From positions 160,001 through 224,000 of the forward strand of contig CAVVHE010000009.1 of assembly GCA_963748015.1 (NCBI GenBank): 64,000 nt of DNA, given 5' to 3'. Position numbers and translations under genes: made by a program. The number at the start of each line of letters is the position of its first letter. The stretch's first letter is position 1. The DNA comes from Terriglobia bacterium. GTDB lineage: Bacteria; Acidobacteriota; Polarisedimenticolia; Polarisedimenticolales; JAIQFR01. Of this stretch, positions 19,367 through 30,849 are shown one piece after another. A model generated the notes under the pieces. It saw nothing but the letters and a program-made list of their open reading frames with translations. It ran no database searches and was not told the origin of the DNA.

Positions 19367-19419
19367 TGTCCTTCTCAACGTCCCCCAGGCGCGGCCCACG
19401 GGATTACTCGGACAGGCTC

Positions 19420-21690
19420 CTAGGTCGGCGGCGGCCCCGTCTTGTCGATCAGGCGCATCAGCGCCAGGCGGTCGGGTTCGAGCAGCTCGACGATCCGGTC
19501 CTTGTCGACTTCGGCGACGATGATGTGGCCGACCTCGTTGCGGACGTCGCTGAAGATCCCGTGGAGCTTCATCTTCCTGGCCTGGTACTCGTTGTCTTCC
19601 GTCGGATCGACGTAGTGCACCGAGGACGCCTTGTACCGGTGAATCAGGAAGAGGGTCACCAGGGTCATCAGCCGCTTCTTGCGCAGGGACTCGTCGAACG
19701 TGTTCTGGTCGCGAACCGAGAGGATGCTGCGGTCCCGCCGGTCGTGGATGTTGGCGAAGATCACGTTGGCCTCTTCCTCGCCGTTCTGGCCGTAGAGGCC
19801 GAGCTCGAGGATTTCCGAGCCGGAGGTGTGCGGCCGCAGGTGCACCCGTAGCTCCAAGGGAAGCCGGTAGTGCTTCGCCCACAGGCCGAGCCACTCCGCG
19901 AGCAGCTTCGGCGGCACCTCGGTCTGCATCAGGTGCTGGACCTGGGTCGAGCCCTTCCCCATCGCCTTGGTCGCCGCGGTATGGCCGGTCGAGGCCATCA
20001 ACGCGCCGTCGAGCCTCGGGCCGCCCACGAGGGTCTGCGGCGTCCGATAGGGCGATTCGAGCAATCGGAACTTCCTCTGCAGGCGGGCCAGGGCCAGCAT
20101 GCCGTCCTGCTTCAGCGCCGTGGCGAACTCCTCGCCCGCGAGGCCGTCGATCTGGTGTCCGCCGTACGTGATGAAGTTGAAGACGTAACCGAGCTTCCCG
20201 AGCTCCTCGGGGAAGCGCCGCATCTGCTCGTCGCTCATCCCGGTGGTGTCCCAGTTGAACGACGGCGAGAGGTTGTACGCGAGCATCTTGCCGGGGTACT
20301 CGGCGTGGATCGCCTCGGCGAACGTCCGCGCGTCCTCGAGATCGGCCGTCTTGGTCTCCATCCAGATCAGGTCGGCGAACGGCGCGACCGCGAGCGACTT
20401 CGACGCGGCGTACTCGATCCCGCTCTCGACCTGGTAGTAGCCCTCGGGGGTCTTGGTCGGCTCGCAGTCCCAGTTGACGTGGATGGCGAGAGACCGGGCC
20501 TTCTCGCGCGCGGCGTAGAAGGACTCCTTCCTCGCGAAGGCCAGCCACTCCTCGACGCTCATGTCGAAACGCTCGCCTTCGGCCACCCTGAGGGACATCG
20601 CGTCCGCCACCGCCTGGCCGTACGTTTTCAACCCCGCTTCCGCCTGCCAGGCGTCAACACAGCGGGTCAGGATCCCGTCGAGCGCCTGCTCGAGGATGGG
20701 TGATTTCGAGCTCTCGAGCGCGACGGCCGCGTCCTTGACGAGCGGCGCCACGCCGGTCCGCTCGAGCCACCTGAAGGCGGCGTCGTACTCGACCGCGGAG
20801 ATCGCGTAGAGGAGGTGCCCGCGGGCCTCGCCGACCCCCAGCTCGTGGAGCATCTTGAGAATGGCGATGTTGCAGACCTTGTAGCTCGGCAGGTCGAAGT
20901 TGGTCGCGCCAAGAATGAACGGCTGGTCGCGCTCGTCGCCGCAGCCGTCGATGAAGGTCGCGGACTCCGCGTCGGTTCGGGCCACGACGATCCCCGGCAC
21001 CCCCATGATGTCGAGCTGGAAGCGGGCGGCGTTCAGCCGCTTGATCTGCTCGTCCTGGGGCACCAGGACCTTCCCCCCCTGGTGGCCGCACTTCTTGACC
21101 CCCGGCTTCTGGTCCTCGATGTGGAAGCCGGGTATGCCCACCTCGACGAAGCGGCGGATCAGGTTCCGGACGTGGGCGTCGCCGCCGTGTCCCGTATCGG
21201 CGTCCGCGATGATGAACGGCCGGTAGTCGACGACCGGCGTGGTCTCGAGCTGCTTCGCGCTCATGCGCGCCCGGGCGAAGTGCTGGTTCTTGTCGGCGGC
21301 CAGCAGCATCCTCACGATGGGCGCTCCCTCGTCCGGCACCTGGCTGAGCGGATAGCTCGCCAGGTCGGCTCCCGGGTCTTCCCCGCGCGATCCCTTCGCG
21401 GAGGTCGCCCAGCCCCCGAGGTAGATCGCCTCGATGCCGAGCCGCTTCATGGTCACCGCCTGGCCCGGCGAGTAGGGACCGAACGTCGTGATCTGGGATC
21501 GCCGCGCGAAGTGCTCCCGGAGGCGCTCGAAGAACGCCTCGGCCGCGACCCGCGCGACGACGTAGTCGGTCCGGATGGTGCCGCGCTGCTCGGCGACCTC
21601 GCGAGGGGAGTAGAGCCTGACGATCCCCTCGAATCGCGGGCTGTCGAACCACTCCCAGATCTCCGCGACCTGCTTTTCGAACGAGCTCAT
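19420..21690 (-). CDS. aceA: Isocitrate lyase, long ICL2-type (756 aa) with C-terminal GNAT-like domain
   Basis: IYLGGW, DADTGHG, catalytic loop [28 protein letters not shown]; start ATG overlaps the aceB stop. Confidence 0.95.
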   Translation of the reverse strand: MSSFEKQVAEIWEWFDSPRFEGIVRLYSPREVAEQRGTIRTDYVVARVAAEAFFERLREHFARRSQITTFGPYSPGQAVTMKRLGIEAIYLGGWATSAKGSRGEDPGADLASYPLSQVPDEGAPIVRMLLAADKNQHFARARMSAKQLETTPVVDYRPFIIADADTGHGGDAHVRNLIRRFVEVGIPGFHIEDQKPGVKKCGHQGGKVLVPQDEQIKRLNAARFQLDIMGVPGIVVARTDAESATFIDGCGDERDQPFILGATNFDLPSYKVCNIAILKMLHELGVGEARGHLLYAISAVEYDAAFRWLERTGVAPLVKDAAVALESSKSPILEQALDGILTRCVDAWQAEAGLKTYGQAVADAMSLRVAEGERFDMSVEEWLAFARKESFYAAREKARSLAIHVNWDCEPTKTPEGYYQVESGIEYAASKSLAVAPFADLIWMETKTADLEDARTFAEAIHAEYPGKMLAYNLSPSFNWDTTGMSDEQMRRFPEELGKLGYVFNFITYGGHQIDGLAGEEFATALKQDGMLALARLQRKFRLLESPYRTPQTLVGGPRLDGALMASTGHTAATKAMGKGSTQVQHLMQTEVPPKLLAEWLGLWAKHYRLPLELRVHLRPHTSGSEILELGLYGQNGEEEANVIFANIHDRRDRSILSVRDQNTFDESLRKKRLMTLVTLFLIHRYKASSVHYVDPTEDNEYQARKMKLHGIFSDVRNEVGHIIVAEVDKDRIVELLEPDRLALMRLIDKTGPPPT

Positions 21691-23651
21691 CCGGAATGCC
21701 TGCCTCTCTCCCCGTCCCGAGTCGAGACGAAGTCCAAGTTCTCCGTGATCCGCGTGCCGTTCCCGGCGAACGCCTCCATGTACAGGCCGATCCGCCGTCT
21801 GGCCTCGTCGAGATCGTGGTTGTTCAGGTTGATGTTGAGGAGGTCGATGTACCACGGGGCCTTGACGCCGGCCCGCACGTATCGCTCGACGATCTCGCGG
21901 GCGATCGGCAGCGTGGTGTCCTTCGAGTTGTCGTGAACGTCCCGGTTGCCCGCCGCGCGGAGCCTCGCGTACTCGGAGGCGAGCAGCGCCTCGAACAGCT
22001 CCGCGGTGAAGGGATCGCCCGCGCTCGCCCCCGTCTCCGAATCGGCCTCGGTCAGGCGGGCGCGCTTGTGCAGCCACTCCCAGAGGATGCTCAGGCGGAT
22101 CTCGCCCGTGGCCATGTCCTCCATCAGGTAGAGCACGTCGTCGTTCCCGAAGAAGTCGGCGGGCTTGAGCGCGGCCGCCTGAAACCCCTGTCCGAAGGCG
22201 TTGCCGTACTGCAGGGCGACGCTCAGGAGGTCGCGCGCCCCCCGGATGGTGCGGGGAGCCGGCTCGAGCGACGTCAATCCCGCCGCGTCGGCCCCGGTGT
22301 AGGTGAGGCGCGGGAAGGGACGCCCGAGCTGGTTGTCCTCTCCGGCCCGCTCCCACACGGGACGCACGATGTGCGCCATCTTCCAGTGGGCGATCCACTT
22401 CCCGCTAGCGCCCTCGCGCTGTTCCCGCTCGGCGCCCGCGACGGCCTTGCGCATCCCGCTCTCGACTCCCGCCCGCGAGCCGACCGGGATGTTGGGCTCC
22501 ATCCCGCCCTGCCACAGCGCGAAGCGCCCCTGCCGGTCGGGCGTGTTGACGGCGCGCCGGACGCGATCCTCGTAGTTCCGCATGTAGGCGTAGGTCATCG
22601 TGACCGCGTCGATGTTCGGGTTCTGGAAATCGGGGTCCCAAGCCATCGCATCGGATACGCTGTTGATGTAGTCCCAGCGCCCGGTGTTGAAGCCGACGAA
22701 GTGCGGGCCGAGGGCGGCGCGGATCTCCATGAGCTGGAAGCTGGCCTCGAGCTGCTCGACGAGCACGTAGACCTTGATGGTCCCCAAGTCGAGGCCGAGG
22801 TGCGCTTCGAGCGCCGAGAGGATGTCGCCCCACAGCGCGGCTTCCTCGGCCGTCTGGATCTTGGGGAGGTAGAGGACCACGGAGGCGCCCGCCGCTCGAA
22901 GCGCCTCGTGGTTGTGGACGACGTACAGCGCGGCATCGACGATCGACGCCGAGAACCCCCTGCCGTCGCTCCACCTCACGTGGCGGTCGTCGAGGTGGAG
23001 CCCCCGGGCCCGGAAGATCCGCGTCGTGAACCCGAGCTGCTTCCGCCAGTCGTCGATGATCTCCCGTCCGAAGAAGCCCCGCGCCCAGGCGTTCATCTCC
23101 GCCGCCACCTGGGCCGCGACCTCGAGGAAGGCCGGGCTCGCTCCGATCGCCAGCTTGAGGTTCCGCTGGTTGTCGAGCGACATCGTCGAGATCTGGCCCA
23201 GCGCGTCCTCGCCGTCGAACATCCACCCGTCGGCGCCCGAGAGGAGCGCGTACGCGACGTTGCGGATGCTCTTCTCGAGCGGCTCGTTCGGCTTCGCCGC
23301 GGGACCCGTCCCCTGGATCCACTGGCGCCTCAGGTCGGGAGGGATCTCGCCCCCCTCGAAGTTCCCCTCCCGGGCGTCACGGACCGTCATCCGCGTTCGT
23401 GGAATCACGGAGTCGGGGTCGAGGAAGCCGATCCGCTCCTTCTTTCGCGCCCTCTCCGCCCGCCGGCGCGTTCGAGCGTCCATGAGCGCCCTTCGATCGG
23501 AATCGAGCGCCGCCAGCGCGGCGAGAGCCGACAACGCCGAGGGGGTGAAGAGGTCCGGGTACTCGCGCTCGACCCCGGCGCGTAACTCGAGCTCGGGGAC
23601 GCCGCCGGGCGCGCCGGTATCCCGAAGATTCGCATCCGCCGAACGACTCAA
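21687..23651 (-). CDS. aceB: Malate synthase (MSA-like)
   Basis: [53 protein letters not shown]; start codon (TTG) uncertain. Confidence 0.92.
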   Translation of the reverse strand: MSRSADANLRDTGAPGGVPELELRAGVEREYPDLFTPSALSALAALAALDSDRRALMDARTRRRAERARKKERIGFLDPDSVIPRTRMTVRDAREGNFEGGEIPPDLRRQWIQGTGPAAKPNEPLEKSIRNVAYALLSGADGWMFDGEDALGQISTMSLDNQRNLKLAIGASPAFLEVAAQVAAEMNAWARGFFGREIIDDWRKQLGFTTRIFRARGLHLDDRHVRWSDGRGFSASIVDAALYVVHNHEALRAAGASVVLYLPKIQTAEEAALWGDILSALEAHLGLDLGTIKVYVLVEQLEASFQLMEIRAALGPHFVGFNTGRWDYINSVSDAMAWDPDFQNPNIDAVTMTYAYMRNYEDRVRRAVNTPDRQGRFALWQGGMEPNIPVGSRAGVESGMRKAVAGAEREQREGASGKWIAHWKMAHIVRPVWERAGEDNQLGRPFPRLTYTGADAAGLTSLEPAPRTIRGARDLLSVALQYGNAFGQGFQAAALKPADFFGNDDVLYLMEDMATGEIRLSILWEWLHKRARLTEADSETGASAGDPFTAELFEALLASEYARLRAAGNRDVHDNSKDTTLPIAREIVERYVRAGVKAPWYIDLLNINLNNHDLDEARRRIGLYMEAFAGNGTRITENLDFVSTRDGERGRHSG

Positions 23652-23940
23652 GAGGAACCCCCGCGTCCGCGCCCGTTTCGGACCGGACCCTGCTCCCGGC
23701 TTCGACCCGCACGGCGATACCCGGCGAGTCCGAAAACCGACCCCCCATCATACGACGACAGCGCGGATCGCAGGGGAACGCCAGGATCCGAGCCCACCTC
23801 GGCGCTTCGAAAAGGGCCCGTGGCGCCCGAGCCGCAGGACCTTCGGCTTGCGTGCAATCGGGCCCGAGTCGTAGACTACCGGACTTCGGGCGCTATCCCG
23901 TTTCGACAAGGTGCTCGCAACTCTCATCGGGAGGAACTTC

Positions 23941-24417
23941 ATGCTCCGCTTGGCCGCCGTCACCGCCGCCTGTCTCCTGCTGATCCTCGCAGCCGTTCCG
24001 GCGCACGCCGCCGAAGGAACCAAGTACGGCAAGGGCCTCTCGGGACCCGACGTCGTGGCGATCTCCGACCTGATGGCGAGCCCGGACAAGTACGTGGGGA
24101 AGACCGTCCGCGTCGACGGCCTGATCGCCGACGTCTGCCCCAAGCGCGGCTGCTGGATGGACCTCGCCGGCGACAAGGAGTTCCAGACCCTCCGCATCAA
24201 GGTGGAGGACGGCGAGATCGTGTTCCCGCTCGACGCCAAGGGGAAGCGCGCCACCGCCGAGGGGGTCTTCACGAAGATGGAGATCACGAAGGAGCAGGCG
24301 GTCGAGCGCGCGAAGCATCACGCCGAGGAGAAGGGCGAGGCGTTCGACGCCGCGAAGGCGAAGGACCTCCCCACCGTGATCTACCAGATCAACGGAACGG
24401 GCGCGGTCATCCGCTAG
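23941..24417 (+). CDS. Secreted DUF4920-like OB-fold protein
   Basis: GGAGGA RBS; signal peptide AHA|AE; GKTVRVDG...VCPKRGCWM motif. Confidence 0.75.
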   Translation: MLRLAAVTAACLLLILAAVPAHAAEGTKYGKGLSGPDVVAISDLMASPDKYVGKTVRVDGLIADVCPKRGCWMDLAGDKEFQTLRIKVEDGEIVFPLDAKGKRATAEGVFTKMEITKEQAVERAKHHAEEKGEAFDAAKAKDLPTVIYQINGTGAVIR

Positions 24418-24424
24418 ATCCGGC

Positions 24425-25129
24425 TTGGTCGGACCGCAGTCACCAACGCAAGCTCCGGAAGGCGGCTCCGGCAGCTCCTGGCGCCGGTGGAACCGGATCC
24501 TCCACCGCGACGTGGGGTATTTCTGCGTGGCGTTGACGCTCGTCTACGCGGTGTCGGGGATCGCCGTCAACCACATCGACGACTGGAACCCGAGCTACGT
24601 GATCTCGCGCGAGCCGCGCCGGTTCGATCCGGTCCCCGTCACCGATCGCGAGACGATGGTCGGCGAGATCGTGTCGCGGCTCGGTCTGCCGGCAAGTCCG
24701 AAGGAGTCGTTCCGCCGGAGCCCGGAGCGGGTCGAGCTGTTCTACGACGGGTGGAGCGTCCAGGCGGACGTCGCCCTGGGGACCGCCACGATCGAGCGCA
24801 CGCGGCGGCGGTTCTTGCTGTTCGACGCCAACTACCTCCACCTGAACCGCCCCCGCGGCCTCTGGACCTGGATCGCGGATGCCTACGCCGCGCTCCTCGC
24901 CCTGCTCGCGGTGACGGGGATCCTCATCCTGCGCGGCCGGCAGGGGCTGGGAGGCCGGGGCAAGTGGTTCGTCCTCGCGGGACTCGCCCTGCCGGTCGTC
25001 TTCCTGATCCTGCTTCGCGTCCTCGGAGCACCCCCGCCGATGACGGGCGAGGGCGGGCGGCACGAAGAAAGGCGCGGGGCGGGCCGGCCGCCGGGCTCGG
25101 CGACGGCGCCGCTCGACGGGCGGAACTAG
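24425..25129 (+). CDS. PepSY-associated TM helix protein
   Basis: RWNRILHRDVGYF...YAVSGIAVNH, NYLHLN, WTWIADAYA...TGI; start uncertain. Confidence 0.8.
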   Translation: MVGPQSPTQAPEGGSGSSWRRWNRILHRDVGYFCVALTLVYAVSGIAVNHIDDWNPSYVISREPRRFDPVPVTDRETMVGEIVSRLGLPASPKESFRRSPERVELFYDGWSVQADVALGTATIERTRRRFLLFDANYLHLNRPRGLWTWIADAYAALLALLAVTGILILRGRQGLGGRGKWFVLAGLALPVVFLILLRVLGAPPPMTGEGGRHEERRGAGRPPGSATAPLDGRN

Positions 25130-25698
25130 GGGTTCGAGACGGCGACCGAGACGGCGCCACGGAGGTCGCCCTTCGCGTAGCCGACCGCCTGGTCGTCGGG
25201 GTAGCGCTCGGCGAGGATCCCGCGGACCGCGGGGTCGAGAGACTCGCGCGGCCCGTGGCACTTGAGGCACGGCTCGCCGACGAGAATCGGGCGGAGGTAG
25301 CGAAGGACGCGCCTGCCGTCCTCCGCCGTCTCCTCCGAGATTTCCTTCGGCAAGTTTCCCTCGCGGTGCGCCGCTTCGAGCGATTCGAGTTGCTTCCGCT
25401 CGTACGCGTCGGGCGCGTCGGCCGGGTTGCGCGTCCTGAGAGTGACGCGGCGGATGGTCATGCCCGACCCGGAGTGCGCAGCGGCCATTGCCGGCGCAAC
25501 TTCGGCGCAGACGTTGACTGCCCCGGTGGGACCGCTCGTCGCCAGCTCGGCGAAGAGCCGTTTCGCGAGCGCGCTCGTGAAAGCGTCGGCTGCGGCCCGG
25601 GCCCGCTCGATGGCCGGCGGAGGGGTGTCCGGCGCCTGCTCGCCGGCCGCCGCCGCGATCGATGCGACGGCGAGGAGCGACATCGTCAAGGGACGCAC
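25126..25698 (-). CDS. DUF3365/Tll0287-like periplasmic monoheme cytochrome c
   Basis: Signal peptide; AVNVC, RNPADAPDAYE, CLKCHG, YPDDQAVGYAKGDLRGA; GGAGGGAG RBS. Confidence 0.85.
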   Translation of the reverse strand: MRPLTMSLLAVASIAAAAGEQAPDTPPPAIERARAAADAFTSALAKRLFAELATSGPTGAVNVCAEVAPAMAAAHSGSGMTIRRVTLRTRNPADAPDAYERKQLESLEAAHREGNLPKEISEETAEDGRRVLRYLRPILVGEPCLKCHGPRESLDPAVRGILAERYPDDQAVGYAKGDLRGAVSVAVSNP

Positions 25699-25749
25699 GA
25701 CACTCCCTCCCTTCCCGCTAGGCGACGGCCTCGTCCTCGGCAAGACGCC

Positions 25750-26316
25750 TCAAGCGAACGCCTTCTCCATGTCCTCGAGCATCGCCCGTTCCGCCCTGGA
25801 AACGGCGCCGATGCCGAGGAATCCTCCCGCCGCCTCGGCGACCGCGCTGGCGCGGTGGAGGAGGTCGTGCCGGAGCGCCTTGCGCTGCTCGGGGGTCAGG
25901 TTGGCGACCAAGCCGGCCGTGTACTCCTTCCACACGCGGAGCAGGCGCGGGTCGGGGGTGCGCTCGAGCCAGCTCTCGACCAGCTCGTACGCGACCGTCC
26001 CCGGGTCGAGGCCTTGATCGGCCGCCGCCTTGAGGATCGCCTCGCGCTCCTTCGGCTGCACCTCGCCGTCGGCCCACGCGACCTCGACCACGGGCACCAG
26101 GGTGAAGGCCGCCGCTCGCTCGACGTTGACGTCGAGCTCGATGAGCTTGTCGAGGAGCTCGACGTTCGAGATTCCGGTCGCCTTGGCCAGCGCCTCTCGC
26201 CGCTCCCGCTGCGCGGCCTCCGCCTTGAGCTTCCGAAGCAGCTGCCGGTTGTGCTGGGCGAAGAACTCCTCCTCGAGGTTCCGCCCTGGGGTTCCGGGAA
26301 GGGTATCCTTGTCCAT
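25750..26316 (-). CDS. TerB-like hypothetical protein (paralogue 1)
   Basis: LEEEFF N-terminal helix; VAWADGEVQPKEREAIL; VAEAAGGFLGIGAVSRAERAMLE. Confidence 0.75.
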   Translation of the reverse strand: MDKDTLPGTPGRNLEEEFFAQHNRQLLRKLKAEAAQRERREALAKATGISNVELLDKLIELDVNVERAAAFTLVPVVEVAWADGEVQPKEREAILKAAADQGLDPGTVAYELVESWLERTPDPRLLRVWKEYTAGLVANLTPEQRKALRHDLLHRASAVAEAAGGFLGIGAVSRAERAMLEDMEKAFA

Positions 26317-26408
26317 GCCAATCACTCCGTCCGCGCGAGCTTCCGGTGCGCGCCCGTTCATGTTACAGGGGGAAGCGCCCGCTGTCAGCCTGCACGTCCG
26401 CCCGGGGA

Positions 26409-27877
26409 CTACTCCATCGCCGCCAGCACCTCGTCGAGGGCGACGGTGGCGAAGGTGGTGGCGTAGTCGGACATCGCGTAGGGGATGATGAGCCGCCGGC
26501 CGTGCAGGAGGCTGCCGCAGGAGTAGACGACGTTCGGCACGTAGCCCTCGCGCTCGTTCTCGTTCGGCTTGATGAGCGGCTCGCGCAGGCGGCCGATGAC
26601 CCGGGTCGGGATCGTCGCGGTCGAGCAGGAACGCGCCGATGCAGTACTTCCGCATCGGGCCGACGCCGTGGCTGAGCACGAGCCAGCCGGCTTCGGTCTC
26701 GATCGGCGAGCCGCAGTTGCCCATCTGGATGAACTCCCACGGGATACGTCGGCTTCAGGACGAGCTGCGCGGTGTGCCAGAAATGGAGATGGTCCGAGAA
26801 CATCACGTAGATGTTCTCGTAGTCCTGGCGGCCGAGCATCGCGTAGTGGCCGTCGATCTTGCGCGGGAAGAGCGCCATGCCCTTGTTCTGCACCGCCGGG
26901 CCGTTCAGCGTGATGAACTTGAAGTGGAGGAAGTCGGGCGTCTCGATGAACTGCGGCAGGATCATCTTGCCGTCGTAGGCGGTGTAGGTGGCGTAGTAGG
27001 TCCGCGTGCCGTCGTCGTTCTGGAAGCGGACGAAGCGGGCGTCCTCGATGCCGTTGCTCTGCGACGGCGTGACCGGGAACAGCACGCGCTCGGACAATCG
27101 CGAGTCCGGCGCGAACTGCACTTCGTAATTCGACTCGGCCAGCAGCAGGATCTTCCTGGCCACCGCCGCGGTTTCCTGGTCGCGCGCGTCCGAGCCGGTC
27201 CGCGGCGCGACGGACGCCGGCGCGCAGGTCGTCCAGCGTGAATGCGTCGCCCAGGCTGTCGCAGCGCCTGCCGGGTGAAGTCGCCCGTCCAGGCCGAGCT
27301 CCTGGAGCTTGCGCGCGAACAGCGCCTTCTCGTACGACGCGTTGGGCACCTGCGTCGGGCTCCAGGCAGTAACGGGTGGGCGCGTCGATCGTGATCGGCG
27401 CCCTGGGCGTCCAGGTAGCCGGTGCGAAAGGTGATCGAGGAGATGTGCCCTTCGCCCGTGGCCCGCAGGCTCAGGATGAACCGCAGCGAGCCCGGGCGGC
27501 AGGTCGCGACTGGTCCGGGTGCGGCACGATGGAGGGATTGAACAGCGCCGCCGCTTCGAGCGAATACTCGTGGGTGAAGTACGCGCCGAGCAGCAGCTGC
27601 CGTTCGTCCGGAGAGTCGCTGCGCCGGCGCGCAGCCAGGGCCGCACCTGGTCGAACCGGCGCAGCAGGAACTCGTCGGATCTGCACGTGCCGGTCGCCGA
27701 ACTCGGCCTCGCACCTGCTCGAGCAGCGTCGCGGACCTCGCTCTCGGGCAGGGCCATGACCTGCGCGCAGATCTTGGCGGCGCGCTGCCGGCTCGCGGGA
27801 TGGAACGGCCGGACCAGCACCCGCGTGCGGTCCGGATGGAGGACGAGATCGCTGCGCCGGACCGTGACGGTGTTCAT
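26409..27877 (-). pseudogene. GH130-family glycosidase/phosphorylase with N-terminal extension, many frameshifts (probably consensus errors)
   Basis: Fragments across frames: EYSLEAAALFNPSIVPHPDQ, SLRATGEGHISSI, GIEDARFV, YTAYDG, NKGMALFPRKI, GNCGSPIET, REGYVPNVVYSCG. Confidence 0.8.
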
Positions 27878-27890
27878 CGGGCGGGGGTCG

Positions 27891-30194
27891 TCAAGGGGCC
27901 GGCTCGTCGAACGCGGTGACGGCGTTCTGCATGAGCCGCATTTCCGCGAGCGAGAGCAGGAAGGCCAGCGTCGATTCCGCGCCCTGGTTCTCGTTGACCC
28001 GGTCCACGTGCAAGCGCGTCGCGGCAGCCGCCGGTGCTCGGAGGAGTAGAGCTCCAGGCCGAGATCGTTCCAGCCGAGGAACCAGTCGAAGGCGCGCTGG
28101 GCCTGCTCGTACCACCACGGGTCCGAGGTGGCGCGGTACGCCTCGAGGCAGGCCGACACCATCGCCTGCGCCTCGATGGGCTGCTGGTCGAAGCGCGCGC
28201 GCGGGCCCGCCGCGCCGGTAGAACCCGTTGCTGCCGATGGGCCGGAAGTGGCCGTTCTCGGAGGTCTGCACCTCCACCAGCCAGCGCAGCGCTGCAGGCC
28301 GCGCTCGAACACCGGCGCGTTGCCCGTGGCGCGCCCGCTCAGGATCAGGGCGTGCGCGAGCTTGGCGTTGTCGTAGGACAGCACCTCCTCGAACCAGGGC
28401 CAGTCCGGCTGCGCGGTCCGGTCGAAGAGCTCCATGAGCCGCGCGGTGAGCGAGTCGCGGATCTGGTGGACCGCGCGGTCGCCGCTCAGCCGGCGCAGGT
28501 ACTCGTGGATGCCGAGGAGGCCGAACGCCCAGGCGCGCGGCGAGGTGAATTCCGTCACCGCCGGCAGCGCCTGCGCGAAGAGCTGTCCGGCCATGATCTG
28601 GAAGCTCCGGTAGCGGCGAGCGCCCCACGCCCAGGCCCAGCGCCCAGAGCGCCCGGCCGTGGCAGTCCTCCGAGCCCTGCTCGTCCAGCCAGCGGCGGTC
28701 GAAGCTCAGGTGATTGTGGAAGCGCTTCGTGTCGGGATCGAAGGCGTGATTCAGAAACGCCGCGTAGGTGGTGGCCAGCGTCCGCACGCGCTCGCGGTTC
28801 CTCCTCCAGCTCGTCGAGCAGCACCGCCAGGATGAAGGCGCGGGCGTTGTCGTCCGTGCAGTAGCCTTCGGCGAAATTCGGCACGGTGAGAATCGGCGTG
28901 CTGGAAGATGCCGGTCGAATCGGTCATCCGCGAGAGATGGTCCAGCTTCAGCTCCGGCAGCTCGCCGCGGCTGCTGGTCGAGCGTCTTCGTCGGCGAAGG
29001 ACTTGCGCGACAGCGCCGCGCCCTCGAGCCGCGCCTGCTCGAAGGAGCGCATGTAGAGCCGCGCCACGTTGCTCCAGACCATCTCGCGGCCCAGCTTGTA
29101 GGCGTTCTTGCGCATGGCGTGCCGGCGGGTGTCGTCGCGCAGCAAGCCGATCACCGCGCGCGCGATGGCCTCGGCGTCGCCGAACGGCACGAGCACGCCG
29201 CGGTCGTCCGCCAGCAGCTCCGCCGCGTGCCAGTAGGGCGTCGAGACCACCGCCTTGCCCGCGCCGAACGCGTAGGCCAGCGTGCCCGGAGGTGATCTGC
29301 GCCTCGTTCAGATACGGCGTGATGTAGAGGTCCGCCGCGCCGATGAACTCCTTCAGCTCCTCGAGCTCGACGAAGCGGTTGTAGAAGATGACGCTGCTGT
29401 CGACCTTGTTCTTCTTGGCCAGCCGCTCCAGGCTGAGCCGGTAGGCCTCGCCCTGCTCGCGCAGCTCGTTCGGGATGCGTGGCGCCCAGCGACGATGTAG
29501 ACGACGTCGGGGAACTCCGCGAGGATCGCGCGGCAGCGCGTTCAGCACGTGCTCGATGCCCTTGTTCGGGGAGAGCAGGCCGAACGTGAGCAGCACCATC
29601 CTTCCTTCCACGCCGAACTGGTCCTTGTAGTAGTTCGGGTCGACGAACGGCATGTCGGGAATGCCGTGCGGGATGAGATCGATCTTGGCCGGCGGCGCCT
29701 GGTAGATCTCCTGCAGCATCTGCCGTCCGCGCTCGGCCATGACCACCAGCCGCGTCGAGCGCGCGATCAGCTCCTGCATCACGCGCCGCTGGTCGGCGTT
29801 CGGCTCGCGCAGGACCGTGTGCAGCGTGGTGACGACCGGCATGCGCAGCTCGCGCAGCAGCGCCAGCAGGTGGCTGCCGGCCGGGCCCGCCGTAGATGCC
29901 GAACTCGTGCTGCACGCAGACGATGTCCACGTTGCTGATGTTGAGGAAGTCCGCCGCGCGCTGGTAGGACGGCAGGTCCTGCTCCTCGATCTCGAAGCGC
30001 ACCACGTCCGGATAGTCGTAGCCGCCCTCGATGTCGTTGACCGGCACCGCGAAGCACTGGCTTCGGGGATGCTCCGCCGCCACGGCGGCAAGCAGGTCGG
30101 ACGTGAACGTGGCGATGCCGCACTTGCGCGGCAGGTAATCGCCGAGGAACGCGATCCGCCGGATCTCGGAGCTCTTCGTTATGGGCTCGTTCAC
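27891..30194 (-). pseudogene. GT4 glycosyltransferase fused to a C-terminal helical (glycosidase-like) domain, about a dozen frameshifts
   Basis: YLPRKCGIATF, QHEFGIYGG, TFGLLSPNKG, YITPYLNEAQITSG, STPYWHA, DSTGIFQHA, EGYCTDDNARA, SEDCHGR, FDQQPIEA, NQGAEST. Confidence 0.85.
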
Positions 30195-30344
30195 AAACTA
30201 CCAGTGTCGCCGAGCTTCGTTCCGGAAGCAAGGGGAAACTCGTCCCCGACGCGGCGGAACGCGGCGCGGCACCTGTCGTGGAGGACGCCGGCTTTCATTC
30301 GGGTAGCTCGTCCGTTGCCGGCCGTTCGGACGGGCGGAGGACGA

Positions 30345-30584
30345 TCAGGCTCCCTCCATCCACCCGACCGGCCGCCACTCGGCGGAGTAGAGCCGCCCGC
30401 TGGACGGCTCATAGACCAGATGGGTTTCGCTTCTCAGGGTGGCTACCAGGGCGCCGAGAGCAGCGGCGTCCCTTACCGTGATCTCGTGTTGCGCTCCGCC
30501 CTCGTCCCGGAGAACGACCGCGCCTCCGACGATGCGTGCATCCCAGATCACCTTGTAGTGCGTCACTCGAACGGCGTCGCTCAT
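30345..30584 (-). CDS. Small hypothetical protein (79 aa)
   Basis: GGGAGGG RBS before ATG; globular-looking sequence MSDAVRVTHYKVIW. Confidence 0.55.
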   Translation of the reverse strand: MSDAVRVTHYKVIWDARIVGGAVVLRDEGGAQHEITVRDAAALGALVATLRSETHLVYEPSSGRLYSAEWRPVGWMEGA

Positions 30585-30849
30585 GGCGACCCTCCCAGAC
30601 AAGAACGCAAGGTTAACGCCATTCTACCCGCGCGTGCGTTTCGATACAACGAGCGAAACGGTGCCGCGGCGGCCTCCGTACGCCGGCGTCGATCGTAGGC
30701 ACCACTGACGCGGGTACCTCTTGCGCTGGCGGCACGTGGCGGCGCATAGTGTCCCGAAATCCCCGGGAACGGGCGTTCGGGTCGCCGACGCCGAGATCTC
30801 GAGAAAGATGTTCGAGCCGGCGAGGTCCGGCCATCGGAAGGAGGCTGGC

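Noticed and set aside
19420..22398. 992-aa ORF suggesting a malate synthase-ICL fusion
   Set aside because: The upstream part is an alternative frame of aceB; aceA starts at 21690, overlapping the aceB stop.
25750..26724. Apparent GH130-TerB fusion ORF (324 aa)
   Set aside because: Produced by a frameshift near 26605; GH130 ends at 26409 and the TerB-like gene starts at 26316.
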